Source of the DNA: Gammaproteobacteria bacterium
GTDB taxonomy: Bacteria; Pseudomonadota; Gammaproteobacteria; UBA4575
Assembly: GCA_965215055.1 (NCBI GenBank)
Contig: OZ244046.1
Coordinates: forward strand, 169,138-233,137
DNA: 64,000 bases
Reading direction: 5' to 3'
The notes beneath the pieces were generated by a model that worked only from the letters and a program-made list of their open reading frames with translations, had not been told where the DNA came from and did no database searches. Every line of letters starts with the position of its first letter. Positions within the stretch are counted from its first letter, which is position 1. Positions 1-10,616 of the stretch are shown piece by piece. The position numbers were made by a program, and so were the translations under genes.

Positions 1-399
1 ATTAAGGCAATCCTGGAGTCGGCTGTAAATGAGAAAGTTCAACGGGATTGCTTGTTTTTATTTGGTGCTCGTACACAAAAAGACTTGTACTGCCTGGAAG
101 AAATAGCTGACATTGGATCGAAGTGGCATGGAGATCACTCGTTTGAATTTATTCCGGTGCTTAACATGGAGCCTGATGATAGCGACTGGAGTGGAGCCAG
201 GGGCCTGGTAACCGATTATTTAAAGTCTGCTTACGTAGATACTGGTAAGATCTCGTTAACTGAGGCACAGGGCTATCTGTGTGGTCCACCGCCCATGGTT
301 GATGCAGCTATCCAGGTAATGGTTGAGCAGGGTATGAAAAAAGATGACATCTTTTTTGATAAGTTTCTGGACGCGAGTTCGATGCCTGGCGGACGGTGA
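1..399 (+). CDS. C-terminal fragment of an FAD/NAD(P)-binding oxidoreductase (ferredoxin-NADP reductase family reductase component); the gene starts upstream of the window
   Basis: The reading frame is open from base 1 (IKAILESAVNEKVQRD...). The C-terminus, YLCGPPPMVDAAIQVMVEQGMKKDDIFFDKF, is typical of the NAD-binding domain of FNR-like reductases (NqrF and oxygenase-reductase type). Confidence 0.5.
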   Translation: MKAILESAVNEKVQRDCLFLFGARTQKDLYCLEEIADIGSKWHGDHSFEFIPVLNMEPDDSDWSGARGLVTDYLKSAYVDTGKISLTEAQGYLCGPPPMVDAAIQVMVEQGMKKDDIFFDKFLDASSMPGGR

Positions 400-436
400 A
401 AAGATTAAATACTATTCAGAGTATTAGGAGAAGGAT

Positions 437-658
437 ATGCGTACAATTCAAGCACTTGTAGTAATGGCTCTGTGGACGGCAGTGTTCATTGGAATTTTGC
501 ATTTTGCCGGTTTTGGCGATAACTATCGCGAGCCACTTTGGAGCCTGGGCGGTGCGGTGTTACTTATCATTATGTTGATTGGAAACTTTTGGATTTTCTT
601 TGCCATCGCTAAAGAAGAACCTTGGGAATGGGAGAAGGGCAATAACGACAACAAGTAA
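437..658 (+). CDS. small hydrophobic membrane protein (2 predicted TM helices), hypothetical
   Basis: 73-aa ORF with two hydrophobic stretches and an RBS-like AGGAGAAGGA 8 bp upstream; no recognisable family. Confidence 0.35.
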   Translation: MRTIQALVVMALWTAVFIGILHFAGFGDNYREPLWSLGGAVLLIIMLIGNFWIFFAIAKEEPWEWEKGNNDNK

Positions 659-785
659 TATATTCTTTGAAACTTCTTTTGAACTGGCTGCAATGTTGGT
701 TCTTTCCCACCACAGATTACTTGGCGTCGGTAGAACCCAAGTTTGAAATCTACGAGAATAAAATCAACAGGATGGAAGGAGGCAG

Positions 786-1781
786 TTACGTATAGACTTG
801 ATTTTCTTTGATTTCCTGCAGCGTCTTGCAATCAATACACAGCGTGGCAGTAGGCCGTGCTTCCAGCCTTTTAATACCTATCTCTATCCCACAAGCCTCG
901 CAATAGCCATATTCATCCACGTCAATAGACGCTAAAGCCTGGTTGATTTTCTTTACCAGTTTGCTTTCACGATCACGTGTGCGTAGTTCAAGGCTGAATT
1001 CTTCCTCTTGTGTAGCACGATCCGCGGGGTCTGCAAATTGACTTGCATCTTTTCTCATATGATTAACGGTCCGGCTAACTTCATCAAGCAAGTCTTGTTT
1101 CCAGCGCAGCAAAATATCGCGAAAGTGTGCTAGCTGCTTTGGCCCCATATAGCTTTCGCCTCGGTGGGCAGTGTAGGGCGTTATACCTTCAACTGGTAAG
1201 CTAGCAGCAGAGCGCTTATTCAATAACCCGATACGTTTTTTCTTTTTTTCTTCCTTAAGAAGCCTGGTCTTTTCTACCTGTAGTTTGGCTTTAGCTGGCT
1301 TTCTTTTGGGTGCAGCTTTTCGTTTAGGTGTGACTTTTCGTTTAGGCGCAGCCTTTCTTTTAGGCGTGACTTTTCGTTTAGGTGCGGCCTTTCGTTTAGG
1401 TGCGACTTTTCTTTTGGGCGTGACTTTTCGTTTAGGCGCAGCTTTTCTTTTGGGTGTGACTTTTCGTTTAGGTGCAACTTTTCTTTTGGGCGCGGCCTTT
1501 CGTTTAGGTGCAACTTTTCTTTTGGGCGCAGCTTTTCGTTTAGGTGCAACTTTTCTTTTGGGCGCGGCCTTTCGTTTAGGTGCGACTTTTCTTTTGGGTG
1601 TAGCTTTTCGTTTAGGTGTGGCTTTTCTTTTAGGCGCGGCCTTTCGTTTAGATGCAGTTTTTCTTTTGGGCGTGGCCTTTCGTTTAGGTACGATTTTTCT
1701 TTTGGGCACGGCCTTTCTTTTAGGCGCAGCTTTTCTTTTGGGTGCAGCCTTTTTCTTCGTAGTAGATTTTCTGTTTGCCAT
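786..1781 (-). CDS. dksA: RNA polymerase-binding transcription factor DksA with a long N-terminal lysine-rich (KRKAAP/KRKVAP repeat) histone-H1-like extension
   Basis: The C-terminal 140 aa align almost residue-for-residue with E. coli DksA (QLAHFR..W...L..EV.RTV.HM...A..F.DP.DRA.QEEEFSLELR.RDRE.KL.KKI...L...D..EYGYCE.CG.EIGI.RLEARPTA.LCIDCKTL.EI). The N-terminal roughly 170 aa are about 26 tandem copies of a 6-aa unit K-R-K-(A/V/T)-(A/T/V)-P. The likely start is Met19 (MANRKSTTKKK, atg at 1781); the ORF is open to 1835. Confidence 0.75.
   Translation of the reverse strand: MANRKSTTKKKAAPKRKAAPKRKAVPKRKIVPKRKATPKRKTASKRKAAPKRKATPKRKATPKRKVAPKRKAAPKRKVAPKRKAAPKRKVAPKRKAAPKRKVAPKRKVTPKRKAAPKRKVTPKRKVAPKRKAAPKRKVTPKRKAAPKRKVTPKRKAAPKRKPAKAKLQVEKTRLLKEEKKKKRIGLLNKRSAASLPVEGITPYTAHRGESYMGPKQLAHFRDILLRWKQDLLDEVSRTVNHMRKDASQFADPADRATQEEEFSLELRTRDRESKLVKKINQALASIDVDEYGYCEACGIEIGIKRLEARPTATLCIDCKTLQEIKENQVYT
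1287..1762. repeat. about 26 tandem copies of an 18-bp unit (consensus gcagcttttcgtttaggt with alternating variants) lying inside the dksA-like coding region
   Basis: The direct 18-bp periodicity is visible in the sequence (tgcagcttttcgtttagg / tgtgacttttcgtttagg / cgcagcctttcttttagg ...). It creates mirror-image ORFs on both strands. Confidence 0.85.
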
Positions 1782-1879
1782 GATGAAGCCCTTTCTAAAA
1801 CCCGCTTTGATACCAGAGAATAGCTGGTCTGGCAAGCAACGCTAGCATGCAGTCTATACCCAGGTTGATAATACAGGAG

Positions 1880-3247
1880 TTATTTTTTGTTGATTTGCGC
1901 ACTAAGTTGCCCCTTGGCCAACTGGATCAGTATTTTTTCATTTACAGATACCTGGTCGGCATTGCGCAAAACCTGGTTATCTTTTGCCCGCATTGCAATG
2001 GCGTAGCCACGGTCCAGAACGCTTTGTGGGCTGACTGCACTCAATGCGCGAGTCAATATTTTAAGTTGTTGGTTTTTTTGTCTGAGTTGCGTATGTAGTA
2101 GACGATTAAGATTATTGGACGTATTCGAGAACTTGACTCGGGTTGTATATACCCGGAGTTTTGGTGATCGGTTTTCCATTTTAATCAGTAGTTTATTTAG
2201 CTGGTTGTACTGCCTGGTGAGGTTAAGTTTTATCGTGCTGGAGGCGCGCCTTTTCAATTCGGCAAGTCGTTGTTTGTTTTTTTGTATGGTTTGTCTGGGG
2301 TGTAAAAACTCAAGCCGTTGTACAGTCCGGTCAACAGATTGGTGGGAGTTACTTATGATGTCTCGAGCCAGGTAGAATAAAGATTTCTTGTGTTTTTCAA
2401 ACACTTCAGTTAGCTCTTGGTGGTGTGGTGTAACGAGTTCTGCGGCGGCAGAAGGCGTTGCTGCCCGCATGTCTGCTACGAAATCTGCAATGGTGAAGTC
2501 TATCTCGTGTCCGATCCCTGTAATAATAGGTATCTTGGAAGCGAAAATCGCTTGTGCTACGGCTTCTTCGTTAAAAGACCAAAGGTCTTCAATTGATCCT
2601 CCGCCTCGCGCCAATATAATCACATCGCAATTCTTGTGTTGGTTTATAGTCTGTATTGCGTTGACAATGGCTTCGGCGGATTTTTCCCCCTGGACGGGTA
2701 CGGCATAGATGCGCACTGAAAGTAAGGGAAATCTACGGCGAAGTACGCTGAGTATGTCGCGAATGGCAGCACCTGTTAAAGAGGTTACGACGCCAAGGTT
2801 TTGCGGGAACGCAGGTAAGCCTTGTTTGTGAATTTCATCAAATAAACCTGATTGACTCAGTTTTCTTTTCAATTCTTCGTATCTACGCTGCAAAGCTCCA
2901 ACCCCGCTTTCCTCCATGTATTCAATGTTAAGTTGATATTCTCCACGAGGTTCATATAGCCCTGCACGTGCCTTGGCCAATACGTGCATACCTTCTCCAG
3001 GTTGGAAAGTCAGCTGCCGGTTAGCATTGTGAAACATCGTGCAACGTACTTGTGCCCGCTCATCTTTAAGTGAAAAGTACATGTGCCCTGACGCTGGTTG
3101 AGCCAGGTTCGAAATCTCACCTTCTATCCAAAGCAAAGGCAAGCCTTGTTGTAGTAATTGTTTTACTTTTTGATTGAGTTGTTGAACGGTGTAGACCTGT
3201 CGCCCATCAAGCTCGAGTTCTGACTGTAGATCATTCACTTCAGGCAT
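1880..3247 (-). CDS. xseA: exodeoxyribonuclease VII large subunit
   Basis: 455 aa, collinear with E. coli XseA (VYTV..LN..V..LL....P..WI.GEISN..QPASGH.YF.LKD..AQVRC.MF, GGGS.EDLW.FN.E.VA.AIF.S.IP...[21 protein letters not shown]). Divergent from guaB, as in E. coli. Confidence 0.9.
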   Translation of the reverse strand: MPEVNDLQSELELDGRQVYTVQQLNQKVKQLLQQGLPLLWIEGEISNLAQPASGHMYFSLKDERAQVRCTMFHNANRQLTFQPGEGMHVLAKARAGLYEPRGEYQLNIEYMEESGVGALQRRYEELKRKLSQSGLFDEIHKQGLPAFPQNLGVVTSLTGAAIRDILSVLRRRFPLLSVRIYAVPVQGEKSAEAIVNAIQTINQHKNCDVIILARGGGSIEDLWSFNEEAVAQAIFASKIPIITGIGHEIDFTIADFVADMRAATPSAAAELVTPHHQELTEVFEKHKKSLFYLARDIISNSHQSVDRTVQRLEFLHPRQTIQKNKQRLAELKRRASSTIKLNLTRQYNQLNKLLIKMENRSPKLRVYTTRVKFSNTSNNLNRLLHTQLRQKNQQLKILTRALSAVSPQSVLDRGYAIAMRAKDNQVLRNADQVSVNEKILIQLAKGQLSAQINKK

Positions 3248-3307
3248 ATTAGGTTATTCCATCTACTTTCTACTATAATGCATCGCAACTATGACAAGAG
3301 AACGCTT

Positions 3308-4765
3308 ATGCGGATTATACAAGATGCACTGACTTTCGATGATGTCTCTTTAGTTCCAGCTCACTCCAGCATCACGCCGCGTGAAGTAGACCTGAAAACC
3401 CGGTTGACACGCGAGATTACCTTGAGCATGCCCTTGGTCTCTTCTGCAATGGATACTGTGACGGAAAGTCGTCTGGCAATATCGATGGCACAGGAAGGTG
3501 GTCTTGGCGTTATTCATAAAAACCTCCCTGTCATGCTCCAGGCAGATGAAGTACGCCTGGTTAAGAAGTTTGAGAGTGGTGTTATCAAGGACCCCATTTG
3601 CGTGGACCCTTCCACTAGTATTGGCCAGGTACTTAAACTGACTCGCGAAAAGAGTATTTCTGGTGTACCCGTAGTTTCGGGAGAGTCATTAGTAGGTATC
3701 GTTACCAGTCGTGATTTACGTTTTGAAACGCGCAAAGATGAGCCTGTTGAAAAAATCATGACGCCCCGACAACGCCTGGTTACTGTAAAAGAGGGCGCCA
3801 GTAAAGAAGAGATAAAAGGACTGCTGCACGAGCACCGTATTGAGAAAGTTTTAGTAGTAAACGATGCTTTTGAATTACGTGGACTAATAACGGTTAAAGA
3901 TATTCAAAAATCGAAGGATTTCCCCCATGCCTGTAAAGATGATGAGGGGCGCCTGCTGGTTGGAGCTGCAGTAGGGATAGGGTCAGACACTGATGAGCGC
4001 GTGGATGAGTTGGTAAAAGCTGGTGTGGATGTAATTGTTGTAGATACCGCACATGCTCATTCGCAGGCTGTATTGGACCGTGTGCGTTGGGTCAAAAAAG
4101 CATATCCCCGTGTGCAAGTTATCGGGGGCAATATTGCGACCGGTGATGCTGCCATAGATTTGATCAAGGCTGGTGCAGATGCCGTCAAGGTGGGAATTGG
4201 CCCTGGTTCAATTTGCACTACAAGAATTGTTGCAGGTGTCGGAGTACCGCAAGTCAGTGCAGTTGACCACGTGCATCAAGCAGTCAAGTCCCAAGTTCCG
4301 ATCATTTCTGACGGCGGAATTCGCTATTCTGGCGATGTAGCCAAGGCCATCGCCGCCGGGGCGAGTACAGTCATGATTGGTGGGTTGTTTGCAGGCACTG
4401 AGGAAGCGCCTGGAGAAGTTGAGTTGTACCAGGGGCGCTCGTACAAAACCTATCGTGGTATGGGCTCACTATCGGCCATGCAGTTGGGGTCGGGTGATCG
4501 TTATTTTCAGGGTGATAAGTACGACATGGGGAAATATGTACCGGAAGGGATTGAGGGACGCGTTCCGTATAAAGGTAGTGCAGTTACTATAATTCAGCAG
4601 TTGTTAGGTGGTTTACGGTCCAGTATGGGTTACGTGGGATGTGTAAACGTTGATGAAATGCGCGTCAAGCCGGAGTTTGTAAAAATCTCTTCAGCCGGAA
4701 TGCGTGAGAGTCATGTACATGATGTGACAATCACTAAAGAGGCACCTAATTACCATATTGAATAG
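3308..4765 (+). CDS. guaB: IMP dehydrogenase
   Basis: [17 protein letters not shown] start, tandem CBS domains, catalytic loop [11 protein letters not shown] and GGIRYSGD motifs. The ORF is open from 3278, but the conserved N-terminus suggests Met at 3308. Confidence 0.93.
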   Translation: MRIIQDALTFDDVSLVPAHSSITPREVDLKTRLTREITLSMPLVSSAMDTVTESRLAISMAQEGGLGVIHKNLPVMLQADEVRLVKKFESGVIKDPICVDPSTSIGQVLKLTREKSISGVPVVSGESLVGIVTSRDLRFETRKDEPVEKIMTPRQRLVTVKEGASKEEIKGLLHEHRIEKVLVVNDAFELRGLITVKDIQKSKDFPHACKDDEGRLLVGAAVGIGSDTDERVDELVKAGVDVIVVDTAHAHSQAVLDRVRWVKKAYPRVQVIGGNIATGDAAIDLIKAGADAVKVGIGPGSICTTRIVAGVGVPQVSAVDHVHQAVKSQVPIISDGGIRYSGDVAKAIAAGASTVMIGGLFAGTEEAPGEVELYQGRSYKTYRGMGSLSAMQLGSGDRYFQGDKYDMGKYVPEGIEGRVPYKGSAVTIIQQLLGGLRSSMGYVGCVNVDEMRVKPEFVKISSAGMRESHVHDVTITKEAPNYHIE

Positions 4766-4786
4766 CAAGCTCTATATAGTTTTTCT

Positions 4787-6364
4787 GTGATGACCGATAT
4801 TCATGCAGATAGGGTCTTGGTCCTTGATTTTGGATCTCAATACACGCAGCTCATTGCTCGTAGAATACGTGAACTAGGTACTTACTGCGAAATCTATCCC
4901 TGGGACGTCACTCTTGAGCAAATTACCGCCTTTAATGCCAAGGGTATTGTGTTGTCTGGTGGACCTGAGTCCGTTACTTCGGATAATACTCCTGAAGTAC
5001 ATGAGCCTGTTTTGGACCTGGGGGTTCCAATATTGGGTATTTGTTATGGCATGCAAACCATGGCCAAGCAGATGGGGGGTAAGGTCGAGGTTTCGAGTAA
5101 GCGGGAATTTGGCTGGACGCAAATTAAACTTGAGGACACCTCCACGCTCTTATCTGACATCACGGATAATAAGAAACAAAACGGTATAAGTATTCTTGAT
5201 GTCTGGATGTCGCATGGTGACCGTATTGCAAAGTTGCCTGCTGGATTCAAAATCATTGCCAGTACCGATAGTGCTCCCATTGCCGCGATCGCCGATGAGC
5301 AGCGAAAGTTGTTTGGTCTTCAGTTCCATCCCGAAGTTACGCATACCGAACAAGGTAAACAAATATTAGGGCGTTTTGTACATAACATCTGTGGCTGTGC
5401 GTCTAATTGGACGACAGCGAGCGTCATTCACGAGGCTGTTGAGCATATAAGACGGCAAGTTGGTTCGGAACGAGTGCTGCTCGCACTTTCCGGTGGGGTA
5501 GATTCGTCAGTGGTCGCGGCATTGCTGCATGAAGCAATAGGTGACCAGCTTACCTGTATTTTCGTGGATACTGGCTTACTGCGCCTTGATGAAGGCGACC
5601 AGGTTATGGAAACCTTTGTTCAACACATGGGCGTGGAAGTGATCCGAGTAAATGCGGGACAACGTTATTTTGATGCATTAAAAGGTAAGTCAGGTCCCGA
5701 GGAAAAGCGAAAAATTATTGGTAACTTGTTTATCAAAATATTTGAAGAAGAAGCAATCAAGCTGGGTAATGTAAAGTGGTTGGCGCAAGGCACCATCTAC
5801 CCAGACGTTATTGAATCTGCAGGAGCGACGACGGGAAAAGCACAACTCATAAAATCTCATCACAATGTAGCCGGTCTTCCAGAAGAAATGAAGTTGAAGC
5901 TAATAGAGCCACTAAAAGAATTATTTAAAGATGAGGTACGCGCGATAGGCCTGCAGCTTGGGTTACCGAGAAACGTTATTTTTCGGCATCCATTTCCAGG
6001 TCCTGGTTTGGGTGTGCGTATATTAGGCGTGGTTAAAAAAGAATATGCAGATCTATTACGGCTGGCAGATGACATCTTTATTTCCGAACTTGAGAAGCAC
6101 AAGCTATATGATCAAGTGTCTCAAGCCTTTGCAGTTTTTTTGCCGGTAAAATCGGTAGGTGTTATGGGGGATAACAGGAAATATGACTATGTAATTGCAC
6201 TGCGTGCAGTAGAGACTGTCGATTTTATGACGGCGCGCTGGGCACGTTTGCCATATGAGTTTTTAGATCATGTTTCGCGACGCATTATTAATGAAGTAGA
6301 TGGGATTTCTAGGGTGACGTACGATGTTTCGGGAAAACCGCCCGCTACTATTGAGTGGGAATGA
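4787..6364 (+). CDS. guaA: GMP synthase (glutamine-hydrolysing)
   Basis: 525 aa. N-terminal class-I glutamine amidotransferase region (ICYGMQ), ATP-PPase P-loop SGGVDSSV, and the conserved C-terminal GMP synthase dimerisation domain ending ...PPATIEWE. Confidence 0.95.
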   Translation: MMTDIHADRVLVLDFGSQYTQLIARRIRELGTYCEIYPWDVTLEQITAFNAKGIVLSGGPESVTSDNTPEVHEPVLDLGVPILGICYGMQTMAKQMGGKVEVSSKREFGWTQIKLEDTSTLLSDITDNKKQNGISILDVWMSHGDRIAKLPAGFKIIASTDSAPIAAIADEQRKLFGLQFHPEVTHTEQGKQILGRFVHNICGCASNWTTASVIHEAVEHIRRQVGSERVLLALSGGVDSSVVAALLHEAIGDQLTCIFVDTGLLRLDEGDQVMETFVQHMGVEVIRVNAGQRYFDALKGKSGPEEKRKIIGNLFIKIFEEEAIKLGNVKWLAQGTIYPDVIESAGATTGKAQLIKSHHNVAGLPEEMKLKLIEPLKELFKDEVRAIGLQLGLPRNVIFRHPFPGPGLGVRILGVVKKEYADLLRLADDIFISELEKHKLYDQVSQAFAVFLPVKSVGVMGDNRKYDYVIALRAVETVDFMTARWARLPYEFLDHVSRRIINEVDGISRVTYDVSGKPPATIEWE

Positions 6365-6495
6365 TTTTGCGCCTGGCACCTACGAGCATCCAAATAACAT
6401 ATAACCCATTGTAATAACTAGAATATCCTCATTTCTGTCTGGCACCTTCAAGAAGTACCTTCTGGTGTAGATGAAATAACCAATACAAATGGAGA

Positions 6496-8700
6496 GTGCG
6501 TATGAGCAGGTATTGCGGAGAGAAAATAGTCGAGCCAATACTCCGTGCAGCTCAGCACTGGAAAGATGTGGGGTTGCTATCGGATAGTTCCATATTCGAT
6601 AGAGGTGCAATATGGACATTGTCAAACTTCGAAGCTCTAAATCAGCACGTTGTAAATCAGCCTAAAGAGGGAAAAAAGAGGAATTTTTTCCAGAAACTGG
6701 AGGGTCAGCTTGAACTGACGGTGCCAGGGGTGAAGCAACTCGCAGCCGAGATGCTGTGGCTAATGTTTCTCTGCCCTAGCAACATTAGTGTATCGAAAAA
6801 GCGCGAAGGCATAGAGCGTATATGGAAATGGTCAGGGGAGGCCTTTCCAGAGGATTCCGAGTGGATAAAGGATGATGTTCTGGGTGGTGTAGGCAGTGCA
6901 GGTACAGCTTTTAACACCAAGCGCTGGTGGGAGTTGAGGTTTTTTATTCGTACAATGATTGCCTTCAAAAGCCTTGCAGACCAGGAGCAAAATAAGCTCC
7001 TTTCCGATGGTTGGGAGTTCGCGCAATGGCTTGAACAAGTCCCCGAATGCGACGCTCGCCAATTGCGTCATATGTTCCTGTTTTTACTATTCCCTGACAA
7101 TTTTGAGCGTATTTTAGGAAGGAGAGATCGACGAAGAATTATCCAGAGCTTCTCAGGAAAGTCTCTGGCACAGGTCAAGAAGCTTTCGGCATTAGAGATC
7201 GATCGGAACCTCCTCGAGATACGTAGGCAAAAGGAAGAGGAGTATGGCACTAAGGAGTTGGACTTTTATGCTACCCCGCTTCGTGATCTCTGGGGTGACT
7301 CTAAGGTCGTTAAGGCAGCAAAGCAGCCAGATGATAAAAAGCGGAACGGAAGTGTCAAAATGGCCATAAACCAGATTCTGTATGGTCCTCCAGGAACAGG
7401 AAAGACCTATAGGCTTAATCGTCTAAAAGAAGAGTATTCAGGCAGAAGGCAAACCCTGAGCCGTGATGCATGGTTAATTCAGGAAATGCTGGATGCCAAG
7501 TGGTTTGATGTGATCTTTGGCACATTGTATGACCTGGGCGGTGAGGGCAAGGTCAAGGCAATTCTAAATCATGAGTACGTACAGATGAAGGCGGAGGCTT
7601 TGGGGCGTGGTCGAAACATCGCGAATACAATATGGAGAACCCTTGGGGAACATACTCGTGAAAATTCCAGTACCTCCCGATACAAGCGTCGTAGTGCACC
7701 CCTTGTATTTGACAAGAAACCAAATAGCGTATGGTCGTTGGTCGATGACTGGGAGGAAGAATGTGCAGAGCAGGTGGAGCAAGCCAAGAAATGGAAAACT
7801 GGTCCCAAGCAAGAGGCGTCTTATCAACGGTATGAGTACGTGACGTTTCATCAAGCCTATAGCTACGAAGATTTCGTCGAGGGTATTAGGCCTGTTCAGA
7901 ATGAGGAAACTGAAAATATCGGTTATCAGGTATTGCCCGGTGTATTCAAACGGATATGCCAAAGGGCAAAAGCAGACCCCGATCAGCGGTATGCGATTTT
8001 TATTGATGAGATAAACAGGGGGAACATTGCCAAAATATTTGGTGAGCTGATTACCTTGATAGAAGAAGATAAAAGGGCGATATATAACGATGCCGGAGAC
8101 CTGAAGTCTGGGATGGAGTTGACTCTTCCTTATTCAGGTATGCGATTTGGTGTTCCTGAAAATTTGGATGTCTACGGGACAATGAACACGGCGGACCGCT
8201 CTATAGCCTTACTGGATACTGCGTTACGACGTCGTTTCCAATTCGAAGAGTTAATGCCTGATGCTGGCGTAATTGTTGGCTCACGTGGTGATGGTTGTAT
8301 CGAGGATGGGGGTGGTGGCGTTATCAACCTGCGTGCCTTACTGGAGGCTATGAATCGTCGTATCCGCTTCCTGTTAAACAGAGATATGATGATTGGGCAT
8401 GCCTATTTCATCGACGTGCGTAATTTTGATGATCTCAAGGTGGTTTTGTTCAACAAGATTATTCCCCTTCTGCAGGAATACTTCTATGAGAACTGGCACA
8501 GGATCCAGTTGGTATTCCGAGATGTAGGTCCGACGGGAGAAAAACTGGAACCACAGATTGTATGTCATGACACGCTAAACGAAGTAGAGGTGCTTGGGTT
8601 CGATCATGATGACTTTGATGATCTTACAGAGTACTGGGTTGTAGACTCGGATGAGATCACGCCCGATGCGGTCAGGAAGGTATACGAAGAAGGTGCCTGA
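6496..8700 (+). CDS. mcrB: McrB-like AAA+ GTPase subunit of a type IV (modification-dependent) restriction system; long form with an uncharacterized N-terminal domain
   Basis: Walker A ILYGPPGTGKTY; McrB signature FHQAYSYEDFVEGIRP...; Walker B/McrB motif AIFIDEINRGNIAKIFGELITLIE; arginine finger region TMNTADRSIALLDTALRRRFQFEEL. About 290 aa precede the AAA+ module, and about 125 extra residues sit between Walker A and the FHQAYSYEDF motif relative to E. coli McrB. Confidence 0.8.
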   Translation: MRMSRYCGEKIVEPILRAAQHWKDVGLLSDSSIFDRGAIWTLSNFEALNQHVVNQPKEGKKRNFFQKLEGQLELTVPGVKQLAAEMLWLMFLCPSNISVSKKREGIERIWKWSGEAFPEDSEWIKDDVLGGVGSAGTAFNTKRWWELRFFIRTMIAFKSLADQEQNKLLSDGWEFAQWLEQVPECDARQLRHMFLFLLFPDNFERILGRRDRRRIIQSFSGKSLAQVKKLSALEIDRNLLEIRRQKEEEYGTKELDFYATPLRDLWGDSKVVKAAKQPDDKKRNGSVKMAINQILYGPPGTGKTYRLNRLKEEYSGRRQTLSRDAWLIQEMLDAKWFDVIFGTLYDLGGEGKVKAILNHEYVQMKAEALGRGRNIANTIWRTLGEHTRENSSTSRYKRRSAPLVFDKKPNSVWSLVDDWEEECAEQVEQAKKWKTGPKQEASYQRYEYVTFHQAYSYEDFVEGIRPVQNEETENIGYQVLPGVFKRICQRAKADPDQRYAIFIDEINRGNIAKIFGELITLIEEDKRAIYNDAGDLKSGMELTLPYSGMRFGVPENLDVYGTMNTADRSIALLDTALRRRFQFEELMPDAGVIVGSRGDGCIEDGGGGVINLRALLEAMNRRIRFLLNRDMMIGHAYFIDVRNFDDLKVVLFNKIIPLLQEYFYENWHRIQLVFRDVGPTGEKLEPQIVCHDTLNEVEVLGFDHDDFDDLTEYWVVDSDEITPDAVRKVYEEGA

Positions 8701-8702
8701 TT

Positions 8703-9956
8703 GTGGAGGTGCTGTCGGTAATCGAGCATAAGTCTCTCCAAATTCTACAATCTCGTGGATGGGGTCAGCAGGCACTCGATTATGCGCATGCTGACACACT
8801 CGATAGACTTGAGAAAGAGCTTCCAGCGAAAGCTTGGTCTTGGGGAAAACAGCAAATCAAGTTTGGGCATTATTGTGGTGTCGTCTCATTGGGAAATTTA
8901 TCTATTGAGATTCTTCCCAAGATTTACGGTGCTGAGGTTGACCTGGAGTCCAGCCGTCATGCGTTGGTACGCATGCTTTCCAAGGCACACCGATTGAAGC
9001 TTCATCGAGCGAGCACAGCTGGAATTGCGCTCCAGAAGTACAGTCTTCTTGATGTGTTCATATTGAATTTTTGTGACCAGTTGCATGCCGAGATGACGCA
9101 GGGGATGATTCGAACGTACATAGAGCGCAACGAGAATCTCAACGTATTACGTGGAAGATTACGAATTGAGCAGCAGTTCAAGCAGAACTTGGCTCACCGT
9201 GAGCGGCTTTTTTGTCAATATGATGAGTTAAGCGAGGACAATGTTCACAACCAGGTATTGAAATATGTGCTGAAAATCTTGCTAAAAATGGCGGTAGGGA
9301 ATCGCGCACACCTTCAGGTGGCAGAACTCCTTATGCGCTTTGATACGATAAGCGATGTGGCTGTAGATGCAGCTGTACTGGACTTGCTGAACTTTGATCG
9401 TTCAACTACCAGGTATGAGCCGATTTTCGACCAATGCAGGTGGTTCATGGAGGGTATGCATCCAGATGTCCTGGCGGGAAAGGAAACCTGCGCTTCATTC
9501 TTATTTGATATGAATCGGTTATTTGAAGCATACGTTGGTGCTGAGTTAAGGAAAAAGGCATGGGGGGAAGGACTGCGGGTAAGAGAGCAGGGCCCGCAGA
9601 AGTATTTCGCTTATCGTAAGGATACCGATAAAAATGTCTTCGTGATGAAGCCTGACGTTTCGCTGATGGATGAGAATAATCAGGTTGTTGCGATCGCGGA
9701 TGCCAAGTGGAAACTTCTGGATGAAGAAGAAACGAAGTTGGGAGTATCTCAGGCAGATCTGTATCAAATAGAAAGTTACGCGACAAGGTATAATGTAAGG
9801 AAATTGTTTCTGGTTTATCCCATGCAGCAGAAGATGACGATGCCGGTTCAACTAGCTCTTAAGGGATCGGGAGCGACGTTGAATATTGTGCCTTTCGATG
9901 TCACTGCAAGTAGCAGTAACGAACTACCAAAGCTGTCTTTTGGAGAGTGGCATTGA
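8703..9956 (+). CDS. mcrC: McrC-like endonuclease subunit (PD-(D/E)xK) of the McrBC system
   Basis: GTG start 2 bp after the mcrB stop (translationally coupled). 417 aa, the size and position of McrC. A C-terminal PD-(D/E)xK-like segment (VMKPDVSLMDENNQVVAIADAKWK) is consistent with the McrC nuclease core. Confidence 0.7.
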   Translation: MEVLSVIEHKSLQILQSRGWGQQALDYAHADTLDRLEKELPAKAWSWGKQQIKFGHYCGVVSLGNLSIEILPKIYGAEVDLESSRHALVRMLSKAHRLKLHRASTAGIALQKYSLLDVFILNFCDQLHAEMTQGMIRTYIERNENLNVLRGRLRIEQQFKQNLAHRERLFCQYDELSEDNVHNQVLKYVLKILLKMAVGNRAHLQVAELLMRFDTISDVAVDAAVLDLLNFDRSTTRYEPIFDQCRWFMEGMHPDVLAGKETCASFLFDMNRLFEAYVGAELRKKAWGEGLRVREQGPQKYFAYRKDTDKNVFVMKPDVSLMDENNQVVAIADAKWKLLDEEETKLGVSQADLYQIESYATRYNVRKLFLVYPMQQKMTMPVQLALKGSGATLNIVPFDVTASSSNELPKLSFGEWH

Positions 9957-10157
9957 ATAATGTCTCCTTCTGGTAAACACAAATAGGTTTTCCCCGCACG
10001 CTTTCGAGCTGGTGCCTGCTGGAACCGAGTGGATTCGGCAACTCGTCGAGGCACCACAATTACAAGTAAGCTATTGATATTGAATCGCAAAAAGTGCCCG
10101 TTTACAATTGAGTGGGACTAATGCTTTTCTCAGTAAGTTGCGAAACTACAATAATAA

Positions 10158-10616
<459 letters not shown>

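Noticed and set aside
523-831. 102-aa minus-strand ORF overlapping the small membrane-protein gene and the dksA 3' end
   Set aside because: Antisense overlap with better-supported genes and no recognisable domain.
1287-1762. Possible CRISPR array or other non-coding repeat
   Set aside because: The units are contiguous with no spacers, are in-frame multiples of 3, lie inside a conserved gene, and no cas genes are nearby. This is a coding tandem repeat.
1274-1845. Two additional long ORFs across the repeat array: 1285-1845 on the + strand (GAAFRLGVTF repeats) and 1274-1549 on the - strand in another frame
   Set aside because: They are by-products of the 18-bp periodic repeat, where every frame is open. 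Only the minus-strand KRKAAP frame runs on into the well-conserved DksA domain.
2115-2708. Plus-strand ORFs (86 and 106 aa) inside xseA
   Set aside because: They are antisense to a strongly conserved xseA reading frame and are typical shadow ORFs.
9985-10035. Hairpin after mcrC (GGTGCCTG ... CAGGCACC) as a terminator
   Set aside because: The loop is about 30 nt and there is no trailing T-tract, so it was not called as an intrinsic terminator.
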